This document shows positions 39,253 to 52,200 of a stretch of DNA of 64,000 bases, in pieces. The position numbers and the translations under genes were made by a program. Below the pieces are notes generated by a model that was not told where the DNA came from, made no database searches, and worked only from the letters and a program-made list of their open reading frames with translations. Within the stretch, counting starts at the first letter, position 1; every line of letters starts with the position of its first letter. The stretch is from Antedon mediterranea (taxonomy: Eukaryota; Animalia; Echinodermata): positions 1,116,001 to 1,180,000 of the forward strand of contig NC_092671.1 in NCBI RefSeq assembly GCF_964355755.1. Direction: 5' to 3'.

Positions 39253-41812
39253 CTCTAGTAGCTAGATCAACTTTCGTATGCACTTTGAGGTCCAGAGAAT
39301 TTGACTTCAGAAATTGGTTTAGGATGGTCAAACAATCATTATTGGCCTGGTTACACATTTTGAAAATGTGGCGAAAGGTCAAAAGGTCAGGGTGAAAGGT
39401 TATCAAACTAAACACCAATAGGTCCTTAAATCTCGACAACCACTGGTCACAGAGAGGTAATTTTAGTATCAAATTGATCAATTAATATCAAAAAGTTAAA
39501 AAAAATGCTTGGTAATTGTAGATTATGGTAGTTAATGTAATGTGTTGTGATACAATTATTGTGTAAATGCATGTGGCGGGTGTATTCCACATGGTGTTCT
39601 ATTGGAGGGAATGGTGGCGTTTATTTGAGGGAGGCTTTTATTCAAAGCGGGTGTTAATTCGAATAAATACTCTAATTTTAATAATTATAATTCGCTTCTC
39701 AACTGATAAAAGGTACTTTACATGATTCGTTTTCTTCTTTATGCCTTTTAACGAAATGTTTCTGTCTTTTAGAATAAAAGTGACACTGTCATAGATAACA
39801 TTAAATGGATCTTCTCCTCCAGGTGCCAGTATAATGATTTAAAACAATGACATATCATTATCCTGACACGATTGCACTCACAATGGATCTTCATTCTATC
39901 ATCTGTTTGTTTGTGACTACAGTACAAGTTGACAACAATCTTTTGCATATTTTTAAATGCCAATACATAGTTTCATTACTATTGTACAATATGTCCAGCT
40001 TTCCTGAAAACACCCTTGTGTACTGTAGTACAGTGTTGTAGTATGATTTTATCATGATAACTTCTGATGCTTTTATTGTCAATGCATTCACTACCTAAAA
40101 CATGTCAAAGTTTCTAGTCGTATTGATAATAAATCTCCAGAAACATATATTGTTTTATTATCTACACTGGGAGCAGACGTGTATAATATACACCGACAAA
40201 ACTTATACATATTATGTATAAGTTTTGTCGGTAACATTTAAAAATATTATGCAACAGTGTTACGGAATAATGACAATGAATTGGTCTATTATAGTTGTCT
40301 CTGATACCTTTTAGTACATGATTGTACTTGCACCAGGATAGAATGAGGTTTAATCCAGTTATTATTCTTATTATATTAATTATAATTTTTTTTATCTGGG
40401 GTGTATTTATTTGATTATACATGTTACCATTATTACACCCAAACAAAATAAACGCCTTCCCTGAATAAATAAATGCCCGGGCCTTTTATTCGGGTAACTA
40501 TGGTAAGTTACTTCTAGCATTCTTAACTGTTGAGCTCGAGTATTTATTCGAATTAACACCCTCTTTGAATAAAAGCCTCCCTCAAATAAACGCCACCCTC
40601 AAATAAACGCCACCATTCCCTCCAATAGAACATCATGTGGAATAAACGCTCCGCCACATGCATTTACAAAATAATTGTATCACAACACATTTTAACTACC
40701 ATAATCTACAATTTACCAAGCATTTTGACATAATTTTATCATCTTTTGATAATAATTGTGCTGTATTTTTTTACATCTAGGTGGTATTTATTTGATTATA
40801 CATGTTACCATATTATACCCCAAATAAAGATGCCTCCCCTCCCCTAAAAACCCTTTTGAACAATAAATGCCCAGGGCGTTTAATCGGATACACATGGCAA
40901 GTTACTTCTAGCATTCTGAAAAGAGCTGTTGAGCTTGACGTTTATATCAAAATGTTCTCGTGGACAGCAATAACTAGTACTTGAAATTGAAACAATTTAA
41001 AGTATCAGTTATTGCATAACATTACTGTCTAAGGATAAGTTGTGTAGAGATATGTTTTTTGTTTGAAACATTTAGTAATAGTATTTTCTGTTCATCTTTT
41101 AACCACATTTTCTATTACAATGAATGTAAATATGTATATTTCGAACAATTTGATACCAAATTTAAGTTTCTACGACCAGTACTTACAGAGATATGAAGAT
41201 GCCCTGGTATGTGGGTCAAAGGTCAGAAATCGCATTTCTGATCATTTTTTACTAAAATGCCCCATTAGACGGAATATAAATGCATGCCTTCTGAACATTT
41301 TGAGATCAAAATTGACTTGCTGCGACCAGTGGTTGCCGAGATACAAGTACCTTTATTTATTTGTTCATATAACCCTTGACCCTGACCCTTTGACCTTTTG
41401 TAACATTTTTCAAATGTGTAACAAATAACAAAATATATATTTTGAACAATTTAAAACCAAATTCAAGTGTCTACGACCAGTAGTTACGGAGATAAATACA
41501 TGCCCTGTGTTGTGGGTCAAAGGTCAGAAATGGCATTTCCGGTCATTTTTAACTAAAATGTCCCTTTAGACTGAATATAAATGTATACCTTCTGATCAAT
41601 TTGAGACCAAAATTACTTCGCTGTGACGAGTGGTTGTTGAGATTTAAGGACATATTGGCGTTTGGTCTTATGACCTTTCACCCTGACCTTTTGCCACATT
41701 TTCAAAATGTGTAACCAAGCCAAAAATGATTGTTTGACCACCCTAAACCAATTTCTGAAGTCAAATTCTCTGGACCTCAAAGTGCATACGAAAGTTGATC
41801 TAGCTACTAGAG
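39253..41812. mobile_element. Foldback-like element with long composite inverted repeats and TA flanks
   Basis: 39253-39480 is the reverse complement of ~41594-41812, and ~39505-39671 is the reverse complement of ~40538-40726. Ends TA|CTCTAGTAGCT...AGCTACTAGAG|TA. The right arm has ~300-bp degenerate tandem units. Confidence 0.7.
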
Positions 41813-41840
41813 TATAGTGGTTGTATTCATCAATCACTTA

Positions 41841-42019
41841 AGCTTGGTTCCCACTAGAACGTAACGCAAGGACGTAAACGCAACGCAAGCGTTTTAACCA
41901 ATGACAAGCGAAGTTATAGACAGTTAGGAATCACAAGCGAATAAGCCATCGCTTGTGATTGGTCAATTCACTTGCGTTGCGTTACGTCCTTGCGTCGCGT
42001 CGCTAGTGAGAACCACGCT
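41841..42019. mobile_element. MITE family B, complete copy
   Basis: AGCTTGGTTCCCACTAG...CTAGTGAGAACCACGCT with TTA TSD at 41838-41840 and 42020-42022. Confidence 0.85.
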
Positions 42020-42855
42020 TTAAGCAACATATTTATTTATTTTAAGGTTTCCTGTCGGGACCCCTCAGAATACAAACCTCCGGGTTATCCTTTGCTCCTA
42101 CTCGTTTTTTGTTGTTGTCTTTGTTCTGATTGTTCTGATTTTGTTGTTTGTTAAGTCTGCGACTTTTGATGTATATATATATTTCTGTACCACTGTTATT
42201 TTTTTTATATGAGCAAGAAATAAAAACAAACAAACAACAAGCTCTGCAGCTGTGGGAGCGTTCATATTTTTCTCTTCTTGTATTGCAATAGTTGTTGTAC
42301 AGCATGTTTGAATGTTTTCCGATTTCAGACAGGCAATATCTGCAGCCAGTGGTTAGTTGTGAGTTTTTTGTGAATTGACAGGTATCTGAAATTCATTAAT
42401 TTTACTACATATTGGACAAAATATATTTATACGGTCATACGTTGCATAATTTTAATTTTTATTGTAAAGCTGAAATTCACAATTGGTATTTTTTGTATAC
42501 AAAAAGCCAACTTGATTCTAGTACATTCCATTGTTAGGTTTAGCAAATCTATACGAATATGTAATAATTATATTATTAAATTGTATAATTTTGATAGAGA
42601 ATATTTGTCTATTTGGAAATTATTTATACTAGAGATACTGTAAATTTCTATAATTTTTTAAGGTGTGCAATGTATATGAAATTTTCATTATACTTTCAGA
42701 TGTAAATGCGCATAAAATGATCGTTTTCTTATTTTATTAACCCATGATTATCACCAATAAATGCACAGTTTTGACTTCATCTTGCTTTTGATTTAAAAAA
42801 AAATAAAACATTTATTTGTGGCTTGTGTATGCATGTCGGATTGTCTTGCAGCGAG

Positions 42856-45800
42856 TCAACTGGTGTCTACGAATGGTTTTTGGCACGTGAAGAACACGCA
42901 GTCGTATCTGTATTGCAGCATTGAACGTGGATTCTGGGTGTACGTACTCGATACGTCTGTCTTTTCATTCTGAATGAAAAATGTATACAATTATTACATA
43001 GAATATTGATTTAAGTTTAAGAAAATTAGTGTAAACAAAGATGATTTATTTTGACTTCTTGATATTTAATGGTCTTATTTTCAAACAAGGACTTACTAAA
43101 ATGGTGAATCCAAGCTCTAATATAACACGTCTCAGTTCTGAGTAGCTAATCTCAATGGATTCCTCTCCATGCATATCTGCAAAGTGGTACAACAGTGGTC
43201 CTACAAACAAAGTTTCAATAATTTAAAAATTTGCTTTTACAAGAATTGCATTTGAGCACAAACAGGGGCATTCTAGCACCTTTTCCATTTTGGGCAGTAC
43301 TGTAATTTGTTTAATTTAAAAGACAGTTCAAACATAAGATGTAGTATGTGTTAATGCATTTGAACCACAAATAGGAGAGCTTTGCACCCAAAGTAAAACA
43401 CCAAAATCTAGGAACACATCAAAGAAGTACTGTAGCGATAAACATATAACTTACCAAGATTTATCCAGTAACCACCAGGTTTTAAAATTTCATAAATTTT
43501 CTCAAGATACTCCAAAATATTGTGAGCTGTATCGATAAAATAGCATGTTGCAATGCAATCCCAGTAATCTATAGAAAAACAAACAAACTTTACGTTGAGG
43601 AGAGTACAAAAGTCACCAATGAAATCTTAACCTAAGAGGTTAAATTTAAGGTGATGCAAGCTCCGTGCGTGTATCCTTGGGGGTATCTATGAAGCTAAGC
43701 CCCCGAGCCGGACCAAGAGGAGAAATAAGGCATTCAAATTGTATGTGGAAAAAGGCTATAAATAAACAAGGGGCCTCGGGTCTCTGAATTACACCACTGC
43801 TTATACAGGTAAATAACTAGGCCTTAACAGCCCCTATCCTATCTCTGCTCAATGTTTGCTGAGCTTACCTGGCTCTGTGTAAACCTCCAAGAAATCACCA
43901 GCGGCCATTGAAAAATTAGCATTAACTGGCAGGTTTTGTGTACTGATGTCAGGAATTTGAATGGCTTTTACTTGGTCCTCCGAGCATTTGTTGTTGATGT
44001 ATTGATGAACCCAAGGGTGAAGTGTGTACACATTTATGCCTGCTGATCTGTAGAAAACATGAAAAGTGTTGACTGCTAAGATTAGAGCTTGTTTCTAAGG
44101 AAAGAAAGGAGAAGTGTAATATCCATACTAATCAACACAATAACAAAGATTTTATATTAATTTACAGATTGTTCCATTTGTGTACAGGGTTACTCAATGT
44201 TTATTATACATAAAATGTGACCCTAAAATGACATTCCATGATACAGGCACTACATATGATACACATGTGATGCTGTGATACATAATTTGTCCATGATACT
44301 GTACAAATATTGTCACTGAGAATTGGGTGCCACTGGATGGATCTTGACTCTACACTAGTTCTGTCTACACATCAAACTTTATGTGATGTGCCCATATATG
44401 GACATGATGATGTCATATCACTACCATATTTGGACACCACACTTTTTTTGTCAAACTAGTTATTGTAAACTTGATATTGTAGACAGAACTTTACACAATA
44501 GTGTGCATACCTATTAAGAATAAAGTTTGCTGCAATCAGCATAATCATACTAAATTCATTGCCTTGACATTCGTAGCCAAGTCTTGCAATCTCAAAAGCC
44601 AATCGTCCAAGACCAGCGCCAGGTACCAACACCTTCTTCTGCTCCTGAAAACTAACAATAAAGAAATTAAAAACTAATGTAGTTAGTTTATACCAAGTTA
44701 TAATATATCTTCCTTAAATACGCTTCTACATTGGTGATATGGTGCACTAAATCGTTAAATGCACGATACACTCTATCCATTATGATGATTGATATTAAAT
44801 TGATTATGATTGTATATTTTCTAGATAATACATTCAATATTCAATGTGGGATGCTTTATGAATACTGAATAACACATTGCAGTAGCTTTTAATTGTATTT
44901 TACTATAATATTATATGACTATTTTTTAACCCAATGCTTTTCTGCTTTTAGTTTTAACTCCATTTTATGTGTATTTTGGTGTTGTCTTGTATATGCATAT
45001 GTTGACAATGATTTTGACCAAATAAAATGAACGAATGTCCTTCAAATATAGCAGTATTTATCTGAATAAAACATTTAAACAATTCATTTTTTTGGAGTTG
45101 AATGTGATAGCTGTATTGGATAGCATTTGAATACCTTTCATTAATAGGTAACCTTGCAATAACTTCATCTATAATGGGTTTATAGCAGCTGTCTCGTTCA
45201 TGTTTTCCCTCCGAGCTCCAGTCTCTTGCAAACTGTTTCAAAGTTGTGTATATCTTCTCCATATCATGTGATGTAACCGCTTTTACTTTCTTCCTTGGAT
45301 CAGAAACATTCTGTTTAAAACAAATAATTTTAGCAATTGATTGTAAATTGGGAAACATTGATTAAAAGGGTTCAATATGTTACAAAACGTTAATAACTAC
45401 TTTTACTTGTTGGAAAAAAAATAAAACGCTTTGAGCTTACACTTACCTCCATATCTTTATTGACAAACATCTGATCTGAGCTGTTGGTAATCCTAAGAAT
45501 CAACTCATAATTTGTGTCGATGGCACTTCGAACCTTACTCAAAGTTGGCAAATATGCTGGTAACAACTTTTTGTGCTTATCAGGAAGTTTATTGAATGAT
45601 TTCTCACTTCTGTTTACACGTTCCATTGCATATATCCTTAATAAAGCAAATTTGATAAGATTATCGGACACCTCTTCTAGCCTGTACTAGGCCTAGGCCT
45701 AAAACTAAGTAGAGACTAGTAGTAGAGAGAGGCTGAACGAGGCCGCCATCCACAATATGTGATGCGTCGTACGCCCGCCTATCTCTAACTAAGAGAGGGC

Positions 45801-45961
45801 CTAGGACTACAAAGCATACATAAAAAATAAAAAATAATATACACTTACCTGTAATTTTTGTAGGCATATAATATACGTAAAAAGTGTTCTCTTTCAAGGG
45901 CTTCTTCATCTTCAATAGAAGACGTTTTTTCGTTTGTTTTACGATCTGTGGTAGTCGCCAT
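42856..45961 (-). CDS. CARNMT1: Carnosine N-methyltransferase (N2227 family, histidine methyltransferase), 376 aa
   Basis: Eight exons with consistent phases: 45961-45849, 45636-45447, 45310-45135, 44651-44511, 44047-43869, 43568-43455, 43200-43097, 42969-42856. Motifs [69 protein letters not shown]. Confidence 0.95.
44358..44492. mobile_element. MITE family A copy in CARNMT1 intron 4
   Basis: TCTGTCTACACATCAAACTTTATGTG...GATATTGTAGACAGAACT. Confidence 0.7.
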
Positions 45962-46929
45962 TTTGTCAGAAAACTCTATAATAAAGAGGGCGCTCTCGGC
46001 AGAAATGAAAAAAAAACTTTAAAATACATGTAGTGCGCCCTCTTCACGATACTCTTTCAACCAATGGGACAGTAAAACTTCAAGTAGAAGATTCTGGGTT
46101 CAAATCTTGGTTTATAGGTAGGCCTAGGTCTCCTATCAACAGATTTTTTTTTTACACCATATTTAATGAGGGTGATTCATCCAGTAATTGCTGATCATTA
46201 GGGACCTTCAGAGGTTCACAAGACAAACATACAAGATGCTGCTCTACATAAACAAAGTCTTATTACAAGTCTTTGGGAGTGGAGTTGTCAATTGATATTA
46301 GATGATGAGGACGGTGAACGCGCAGACGGATCTTACAAATACTCGTTCTACCCAGCTGGGATAAGGCATTATAACAAAAGATATGTTAGATAGTCCCTTT
46401 TTCCCCATATATTTATTTTAGGCAAGCCAAGATAATTTATGAGCACTGTAATTTCCATTTATATTGGACAATAAATGAATCTGTATCTGTATGTTGATCC
46501 ATATCCATTTACAGTAGGACTAGACTCTTGGGACAGGCCAGCAAAGTGTCCCTTTAATACAGTTTTTCTTGAGAAAAGAAGGTGTTTTAATGTAGGCCTT
46601 ATCATATCACTCAGGATAATGGGTTTCCCAACTAAATACATATACAACTAAACATACCGTACTGTATTGTGATATGTATTTAGAAACTCATGTATTGTTC
46701 TTTGATGATTGTAAGTTTTAGGTTTCCCCGTTTAATCAGTTGAAGACAAATTAATTATAGGACAGTAATGTGAATCCGTTTGCAATATTCAATGCATACT
46801 GATGAATTCATTAACTGGGTTTGTTTTCTGTTGTCAAAGACAGACAGTGAGAGATATGACATTGTTGTTATAGATCCTGTAGACCTAACAAAGCCCACTT
46901 AATTTATACTGACTGTATTACGAGTCTTA

Positions 46930-47275
46930 AGCGTGGTTCCCACTAGAACGCAACGCAACGACGTATTGACGCAAGGTGCTGTATTGCGTAATCACAAGTG
47001 GGAAACGACGACGCAACATTGCTGCAAAGTTGCAGGTTTGATTTCACGCAGGCGAGAACAAACAAAATTATCGGAAGGGCATTTTCTTACGTTGCGTAGT
47101 TTGCGTCGCTAGTGGGAACCACGCTTTAAGCTCTGGCTACACTACTATCAAACTTTATGCTCATAATATGGACATGACGATGTCATATCACTACCATATT
47201 TTGGCATAGCACTACCATTTGTGGGCACATAACACTTTGTTTTCATCAAACAAGTTTGATAGTGTAGACAGAGAT
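46930..47275. mobile_element. Adjacent MITE B (46930-47125) and MITE A (47129-47275) sharing a TTA TSD
   Basis: TTA|AGCGTGGTTCCCACTAG...GGGAACCACGCT|TTA|AGCTCTGGCTACAC...GTGTAGACAGAGAT|TTA. Confidence 0.85.
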
Positions 47276-47835
47276 TTAGGAATAAAGTGCAATAATCTCC
47301 AGAAATTCCATAATATGGACAAAATAATGCCGCCGTCCCCAATATCCATCATTAGCCATTGTCATGACGTCATCTTCGTAAACTGCATGACCACATGACG
47401 TTTTTAGCTATACGCGTGTGTGAACTTCTATATATAAGGTATTCAAACCCAATCAATACTTATCGGTTATAGATTGTCTACATTTGTGTGATTTCACGAT
47501 AATAGAAGACGGTTATGATAATAATGCGGATTAAGATGATGAGAGGTAGAAAATATGGCGGCGATGATGACACTGACCAAGATGAAGATACCCGGATGGT
47601 GAGGAGGACGAAGTGATAAAAACCATGTTGATGTAATGAAAATGACGCATCAAAAACGTCAAAAATGGACATTTACCTAATTTATTTTACTCAGCTTAAT
47701 TTCAATTCTCCACACCAACAACAGAAGCTGTCAAAGTTTGGTTACCCCTGACACAACGCAAGGATTTACGGAAGCGCAACGCAAAGACGTAAAGAGCGCA
47801 ACGCAAATACGTGATAGCGCAACGCAAGGACGTAA

Positions 47836-48039
47836 AGCCTGTTTTCCTGTCGACGTTATTCGACGCTATCGTTAACAATAATCGGCGATCTTCTACGTAA
47901 ACATTGAAATGTTAACGATTTACAGGAAAAGGTACTCGCTATCGTTATCATTTCAACTTGATCGTTTTCAAACGATCGTCGTTGAACTGTTAATGATCAA
48001 CGACGATAGCGTCGAATAACGTCGACAGGAAAACAGGCT
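47836..48039. mobile_element. Harbinger-type MITE family D nested in a family B-like element (~47740-48155)
   Basis: Perfect 37-bp TIR AGCCTGTTTTCCTGTCGACGTTATTCGACGCTATCGT; TAA TSD at 47833-47835 and 48040-48042. Confidence 0.9.
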
Positions 48040-49256
48040 TAAAGGGCGCAACGCAAGGACGTAAAGAACCCAACGCAAGAACGTAAACTGCGCAACGCAA
48101 GGACGTAAATAGCGCAACGCAAGGACGTAAATAGCGCAAGTAACAATCAAGCTTTAGTTTGTTTGGAACAATTTCAGTATTATATGCGTTCTTATGATCG
48201 TAGTAAATATATGTAATATATCAAAATCGATGGCGGCGAGGATCGATGGCCGATGTTGTTAAAATTTACCGTCGAATTAAGTGGATATTAAAGAATAACT
48301 GAATCTAAGGATTTGATAAACTGCAATGATTAGATATGTTGGGACCCGTGGGACGACATTGTGTACTTAGATCGTACTCTTGTGATTAAAAGTGTGTACT
48401 TAAATCGGGATCCTGAGGTTACCAATGTGTACGTAACCAATTTATCAGGTCCTTACTCGGAACAAGCTCATACTAACTAAACACAGTAATTGATGTCTTA
48501 AGACGAAAGGATAAGAAATGAAAACAAGAACTTATTCGTTGATTTTTAATTACGTCATTCTTTGAAATGATGAAATATAATAATAAAATTACCAAACAAA
48601 AAGTAATATGTAAATTATTTACGAAGTTTATTATTCATTGGTTTCCTTTTAATAAATGAAAACGAATCCTTTGTGATGAATGTAGGCCTATACCTAACTT
48701 TACTTTGGTATTTCATTCTTTGTTTTCGCTCTTACATTATTAGTCCTAAATGTTGACATTTGGTTAGAAAACATAAAACAAAGACTGAAATAATGAAGTT
48801 TGTCAATAACACAATTGGACCGTTAATGCTTTATTCCACTCGCGTGCCAATTGTTCAAACTTAATGAAGCCACACGAAACAAAAGCTACAATAAGAGTCA
48901 CTTTTCAAATGCTTTGTGAGAAATGCGTACAGTGAACAAACACAACAAGAATTCATGCTGCTTTGAAATGATTCTCAACCGTCTAGCTCCCCCTTTGTGT
49001 AAGACGCAGTCGCGTGCCTATTGTTTGTCTTAGTGAGTCTTAGCCCATCCCACCGGGACTTCTCAACCATTAGCATAATTGGGACAGTAATACCTGAATA
49101 AATTTAAATAAATCTTGTCGTACAATAGAGATCTTTAGCATTGAAGCGTGCCCGCCTCCTCCTCATTGAGTCTGCCCGCATACGACAGTTCGGTCAATCT
49201 TCGCATCTCTCCTTTATTTCTTCTTCAAAAGTCTTACTATATATATACAAATAATC

Positions 49257-52200
49257 ATGACGAATATGGCAACGGTGCAAATAAATGGAGAACATCATGT
49301 CGTCCACGGTAACCCAATCAAGGCACCAATGCACACTATTCCAATGAAAAACCATGATGCTATCAAACTATTTGTCGGCCAGATTCCAAGGACTTTGGAA
49401 GAGAAAGATCTTCGTCCGATTTTTGAAGAGTACGGTAGAATCTATGAATTGACTGTTTTGAGAGATCGTTATACAGGCATGCATAAAGGTAGGCTTTATT
49501 ATATATACTTTATCATCATCATTTATACCTACATCGTCCTTAAATTAGGGCGCGTGTTTACTAATTAACAGGTGCTATCCATGTTTTACCTGTTTAAATC
49601 CATGTTTTGTTTACATATTTTGGTAAACGTCAACATTATTATTATCAGCTGCGCTGAAACGCCCATTTTTATGCGATGTATTTTAATATTTCTGATTTAA
49701 CATTAAATATGTCAAATAAACAGATCTTATTCGATTTTATTTTAGGCTGCGCCTTTTTGACTTATTGTGACAGAGAAAGTGCTCTAGGTGCCCAATCAGA
49801 ACTACACGAAAAGAAAACTCTCCCGGGGGTAAGTAACAATTCATAGTAAATGGTCAAACATGTTATTAAATTCGATAGTATGTTTTTATGCATATCAAAT
49901 CTTTAAATAAATATTTTGATAATGAAAATGCAGGTATAGTGTGCTTAATCCGAAGATAATATAATTATTTTAATTGCATATTTTGAGTATGGTTATCTAG
50001 CTGCTAGTAAACAACCAATGGAATTGATTACCCTCTGGTATATTGGTCTTTTGTCAATACACTATTTATACACTGGTGGTATATTGGTCTTATGTCAATA
50101 ACAGACCGATACGATAACATCGTAAGTCATAACTTTCAAAAACAAAATACTGAGGTATATTTTCTTTTGTTCTATTAAATGTTATTTTTCATTGTCTTAA
50201 TAAACGCGTTTTTAAGTACGTACTTTATGTGAACGCAAGTATTGTAAGTACTGTACTTACTCGAGTCGTGGCCGCAATTGACTTGCTATGCCCGGCTGAG
50301 TTAATGGTCTTGAATGGACAAAGGAAAACTGACAGATGACAGAAGGCTTACGGAGCAGGCACATGTTCTATTTTAATACCAAACTATAATGTTTTAGGAT
50401 TTATTTATCCGTTTATACAGACAGCAATTATATTTTAACACAGTAAGATTTTGAAGAAATCGTTGAATGAAGATTGATATTTAGTAATATTCTCATCTTC
50501 ATTCAACGTTGTGTACGGCTAGAATCGCACAAAGGCAGAACATGATTTTTTCTTGTAAAAAGGTTTCTTTTAATTATTCAAACTATGCTTACTCTAGCTT
50601 TTAATAAACACCATAAATACTGCTATAACATAGAAAAAAAAACATACCTTAAATAAACAAATATTTCATTTCGGTTTGTTTTTATCCAAAACTTTTAATT
50701 ATCTTGGATATAATAAATAAAATGATATGACCTACAGTGAAATATTATAACAAAAATATTAAATTAAAATTACCATAATGACAAACCGAGTTTAACAGTT
50801 AATATTTGAATATCGGTATAAATAAACTCGTATTAGTTAAAATTATTCATTGAATATATCGACCTCATTAATTATTTATAATGATGCATATTTGGTATGT
50901 TCGAATAAACGCTTCGGCAGCGACAGCAGGTGGTTTCCAGTCTGAAACTAATAGGCCTACTAGTACTGTACATTAAAACGCTTTTGTGTCGAGTTCAGCA
51001 AACAAGAATAAAATAATATAATTGATTCTTATGATTATATCATCTATAATTAAGTTTTGTTGAAATAAATGTGTATACATTACAATTAAGTTCGAACTAA
51101 GCAAATAGTTAAGTACGAGTGTTCGCCTATGAAGATTGTCCAATCCCGATTTTTGATGCAAGACGAATTGAACTTGGATCCCACTAAAGCGTAACGCAAA
51201 AGCGAGTTGACCAATCACCAGTGTCAGTTCGAATAATCCATCGCGTTTGATTTATCAAATCACTTGCGTTGCGCGTACGTCCTAGTGTGAACCAAGCTTA
51301 AGGCCTAATACGTTAAAGAAATTTACCTCTGTAGGCTACAAATACATCTTATTGGAAGTAGTGGGAACGAAATGCAATTGATTTTTGTATGGCCGCGCTC
51401 CATACCCTTAGCAGGTCCATAATTGGCTTTTTGCAGCAGTTCGAGTTAAGAACAGTTTTCTCTTGTGGATACACTTTAATTAAAAACTACGTTTTAATTT
51501 CAAATTAAAATTTCTTTGAAAGAAAAATTGAAAGATTAAGTGGGGCGTGGGCGTAGCAAGTAGCATACAACGCACAGTAGCAGAATGGATTTTAAATAAC
51601 GTAATATTAATTGTGTAAAACGCGCGTGCGCAATATGTGTTGGAATACGCGTCCCCGCTTTAAGCTCAGTCTACACTATCACTATGTGACAAAAAATGTG
51701 ATGTGCTCATATATGAATGATGATGCCATACCACTACCATATTTGAGCATATCTCTTCCATTTTTGGGCACATCACACTTTTTTTTTGTCAATCTAGCTT
51801 GATAGTGTAGACAGAGCTTTCTTTACCATACCTTATACTCTTTTACATGAGTATATTGAGAAAGAGAAATGTAAATGTAGCTGTTTGGTCATCATAATGC
51901 AGATGCATTAGTCTCTGTCAATCTAGGCAGTGGTCTAAATTGACTGCCTTTAACAGGGAGCTGCTAATTATGCAAAGTATATGTTGGTTTATTACCAATA
52001 ACTTATATTCTTTTAAAAAATAGATCCTAAGAGTAATTTATTCTAATAGAAAAGAAAGAGCACGCCGTAAAATTGTATATGATTTATATTGTTTAACAGA
52101 ATAACGTAGGTTTATAATTTATTCGAATTATAATATTATAATGATATTCGCGGCATCAATGGTTCACTGAATAGGCTTCAGTATAACCTTGCCGTTTTTT

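Noticed and set aside
42740-42858. Stop-codon readthrough or selenocysteine at CARNMT1 TGA-CTC
   Set aside because: Not the UGA-CUAG context, the protein ends at the expected position, and no SECIS is evident.
46290-46400. Short coding-like stretch (YKYSFYPAGIRHYN)
   Set aside because: Likely a decayed LINE ORF2 C-terminus; too short to annotate confidently.
46795-46830. Hammerhead ribozyme core CTGATGA (also ~1172, 3454, 52307, 54097)
   Set aside because: No flanking stem II followed by GAAA and matching stems found.
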